DNA from: a virus
Virus record (IMG/VR): IMGVR_UViG_3300027740_000001
Span: 1-63,976 of that record
Strand: one strand, 5' to 3'
Length of the DNA: 63,976 nt
Shown here: positions 61,952-63,976 of the stretch, piece by piece
How positions within the stretch are numbered: the stretch's first letter is position 1
Layout of the letters: each line of letters begins with the position of its first letter
Program-made: the position numbers and the translations under genes
The notes under the pieces: generated by a model
The model's input: the letters and a program-made list of their open reading frames with translations, nothing else
Told to the model about the DNA's origin: nothing
Database searches by the model: none

Positions 61952-62965
61952 ATGGCTACATTAGAAGAACTTGCTGCTGATATAGGAGAACGCTGGTCTA
62001 TATTTCGTACAGCGCGCGATATCGTTGATACGAAATTTGACGAAGGAAGGGAATACGCTCAGGATGCGTTCAGGGTAGCACAGGAGACCATCACGAGACT
62101 GTCTGACCTGGCATCATCACTAAGTGCCATTGACGTAAATATCTCTACGGCCTTAAACGACATTACACCAGTTTCCCTTGATACCTTTGTTGCTACCGCA
62201 CCGGTGTCTCCCATAATAGAGTTAAACCTACCGAGCGATCTTACGGATACAACTGACGTAGAGGTTGCATTGCACGATAAGATTATCAACGACATAGTAA
62301 GTGGTGGTCCGGCAATATCTGAAACGGTTGAAACCGATATCTTCCAGCGTGGTCTTGAACGTGATGAACTCCTTCACCAGGATGAGCTTGACAGGATTCG
62401 TGCAGAATGGTCAAAGACGGGATTCACTCTACCAACTGGTGTTCTCGCTGCAAATATCACCAATGCTGTTATTACACACATCAACAAACGTAAGGATGTA
62501 AGCCGAGATATTTCAATTGAGAACTTTAAACTATCTGACGCAAACACCAAGTTCGCCATAGATAAGGGTATTCAGTGGATTGCCAATCGCATCGAAACGT
62601 ATAAGGCTAAGATTCAGGCTGAGATATCGAGGTTGGATGCTATTGTTAAGGCGTACCTTGGACAGGTTGAAGTATACAAGGGTACCGCAATGGTATACAC
62701 AACCCTTACCGACGTTCAGATAAAGAAGTTTGACGCAGAACTTAAGATGGCCCTTGCAAAGGCAGAGCTTGTCATCAAGGATGCTGAACTCGACATGAAG
62801 AACTACGAGCTTCTTAACAGTCTTAGAATAGAAGCGATGAAGGCTATATCTGGTGTTGCTGCTCAATTGGCTGCTGGATCTTTGTCAAGTGTAAGTGCAG
62901 GGGCTCATATATCTGCATCTAATTCTGCATCATATAGTTATTCTCCACCAGCCCCGACTGATTAG
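61952..62965 (+). CDS. Coiled-coil internal-virion-like protein (337 aa)
   Basis: AGGAG lies upstream. It has long heptad-like helices and a Ser/Ala-rich C-terminus. Confidence 0.6.
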   Translation: MATLEELAADIGERWSIFRTARDIVDTKFDEGREYAQDAFRVAQETITRLSDLASSLSAIDVNISTALNDITPVSLDTFVATAPVSPIIELNLPSDLTDTTDVEVALHDKIINDIVSGGPAISETVETDIFQRGLERDELLHQDELDRIRAEWSKTGFTLPTGVLAANITNAVITHINKRKDVSRDISIENFKLSDANTKFAIDKGIQWIANRIETYKAKIQAEISRLDAIVKAYLGQVEVYKGTAMVYTTLTDVQIKKFDAELKMALAKAELVIKDAELDMKNYELLNSLRIEAMKAISGVAAQLAAGSLSSVSAGAHISASNSASYSYSPPAPTD

Positions 62966-62976
62966 AGAGGTAAGAA

Positions 62977-63976
62977 ATGCCTAACGGAATAGTTAATAAC
63001 GAAGAAGAAAAGAAACCATACATGGAGGAATATGCTAAGCGAGCTACCGAGGTTCAAAGAGAACCTGGCATAATAACTGATATTGCTCGAAAAGTAATTC
63101 ATCCAGCATATCATGGGTCACTCGGTATTCCTAAGATTGTCCATGACCAGGCTCGCAATACATCCGATAGGTATGTTCAAGATCGAATACAACAAGAACA
63201 TAACCTTCTGTATCAACCCATTCAACCAACACCCATTGGTACCCCTGCACCAGCAACAACAACACAAGCTCCCACCCCGGTTGTTAGTGCCCCAACCCAA
63301 ACCGGTGAAAGCTATACAGACATCATGTCTAAGCAATGGGAAGATTACGTAGCTGGTGGTGGTGGTGTAATGCGTTGGCCGAGCGGTGAGACTTCCTTTT
63401 TAAGTCCAACAAAAATGAGGGAAGCAAGCGAAGACCTGGATAGGCTTGAACTTGAAAAACAGCTTGGAGTAACACCAAGAACTGGAATGGCTGAATATGA
63501 GGCTGGTGCAACGAGAATGCGTGAACGTAGTGCTATGGAGGGTATCGTTTCTGGGCTTCCAAGAAAAACCAGGGCTGGTGTGATCGCTGAGTCATTAAAA
63601 TCACGAGGTGACATTGAACGTACCAGAATAGGTGCTATCTCAGAACAGGAAAAAGCCAAGTCCGTATCTCAGGCTAAAATATATGAATCAGCCATTAAGT
63701 CCCAGGCAGACTGGGCAAAACTTGGTATTTCGGCAGATGATGTAAGATCGAAACAGCAATATAGGAAGGCACAAGTTGATGATCTGATGACACGTACCGG
63801 ATTGCTCGAACCAATGAAGCTTCAACTTGCACAGGCAAAAACAGGTATGGAGTCAAGGAAGATCCAGCGAGATTTTGCAATGCAGGCCCTTGACAAGGTT
63901 TTCGCTCCAAGACTTAAGGAATATCAAGACTCGGTAATGAGTGGCATGCCAAGAACACCAGAACAACAGGTACAGT
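62977..63976 (+). CDS. 5' part of the wrap-around CDS (continues at 1..291 after collapsing the overlap)
   Basis: The ATG at 62977 follows GAGAGG. I translated the whole stretch and found no stop before the window end. It was absent from the ORF track because it has no in-window stop. Confidence 0.8.
   Translation, partial: MPNGIVNNEEEKKPYMEEYAKRATEVQREPGIITDIARKVIHPAYHGSLGIPKIVHDQARNTSDRYVQDRIQQEHNLLYQPIQPTPIGTPAPATTTQAPTPVVSAPTQTGESYTDIMSKQWEDYVAGGGGVMRWPSGETSFLSPTKMREASEDLDRLELEKQLGVTPRTGMAEYEAGATRMRERSAMEGIVSGLPRKTRAGVIAESLKSRGDIERTRIGAISEQEKAKSVSQAKIYESAIKSQADWAKLGISADDVRSKQQYRKAQVDDLMTRTGLLEPMKLQLAQAKTGMESRKIQRDFAMQALDKVFAPRLKEYQDSVMSGMPRTPEQQVQ
63850..63976. repeat. Right copy of the exact 127-bp terminal overlap
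   Basis: It is identical to 1..127. Confidence 0.95.

Overview
The window is a complete tailed-phage genome closed on itself. Bases 1..127 recur exactly at 63850..63976, giving a unit length of 63,849 bp, and one gene (62977..63976 plus 1..291) is split by the linearisation point. All calls rest on reading the sequence and translations and on remembered family motifs; no homology search was run.

There are four transcription blocks:
- (i) Rightward late/structural block, 35.3 kb through the end and on to 8.3 kb. It holds small regulators with sigma-region-4-like HTH, tRNA-Tyr and an atypical tRNA-His, large terminase, portal, scaffold and a P22-coat-like capsid. It also holds beta-helix spikes, a LamG protein, repeat-built fibre-like proteins and three internal-virion-like proteins ending in a 2563-aa polyvalent giant.
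- (ii) Leftward block, 12.7 to 8.3 kb. It holds a PxxKW-type Cys-rich protein, a lipoprotein, a DUF5675-like protein, a GTA-type 3TM holin, a metallophosphoesterase, a frameshifted HNH-like gene and a protein ending in an SSB-like DDIPF tip.
- (iii) Rightward recombination/replication block, 12.8 to 23.9 kb. It holds a Cas4-like nuclease, a Sak4-like ATPase, a DUF669-like SSB, an ERCC4 nuclease, an XPD/DinG-like Fe-S helicase and a P-loop plus wHTH protein. It ends with a MazZ-like domain protein, an SLT transglycosylase and a short tyrosine recombinase.
- (iv) Leftward accessory arm, 34.7 to 23.9 kb, with about 40 very small genes, many of them zinc ribbons.

No DNA or RNA polymerase, tape measure or sheath was recognised, so a podovirus-like virion is an inference.

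The most unusual material:
- A G+C-richer segment (about 26.4-29.7 kb) whose intergenic spacers share motifs and long-range helices. It includes a 26-nt perfect direct repeat pair, two homologous about 100-nt leaders and a 457-nt ORF-free region.
- A repeat-dense switch or origin-like region (34.7-35.3 kb) with nine phased decamers, followed by a structured 145-nt leader behind a consensus promoter.
- Acidic-aromatic C-terminal tips on four small proteins: DDIPF once and FDEW(N)W three times.
- ATA codons sitting exactly where Shine-Dalgarno-preceded start codons are expected.
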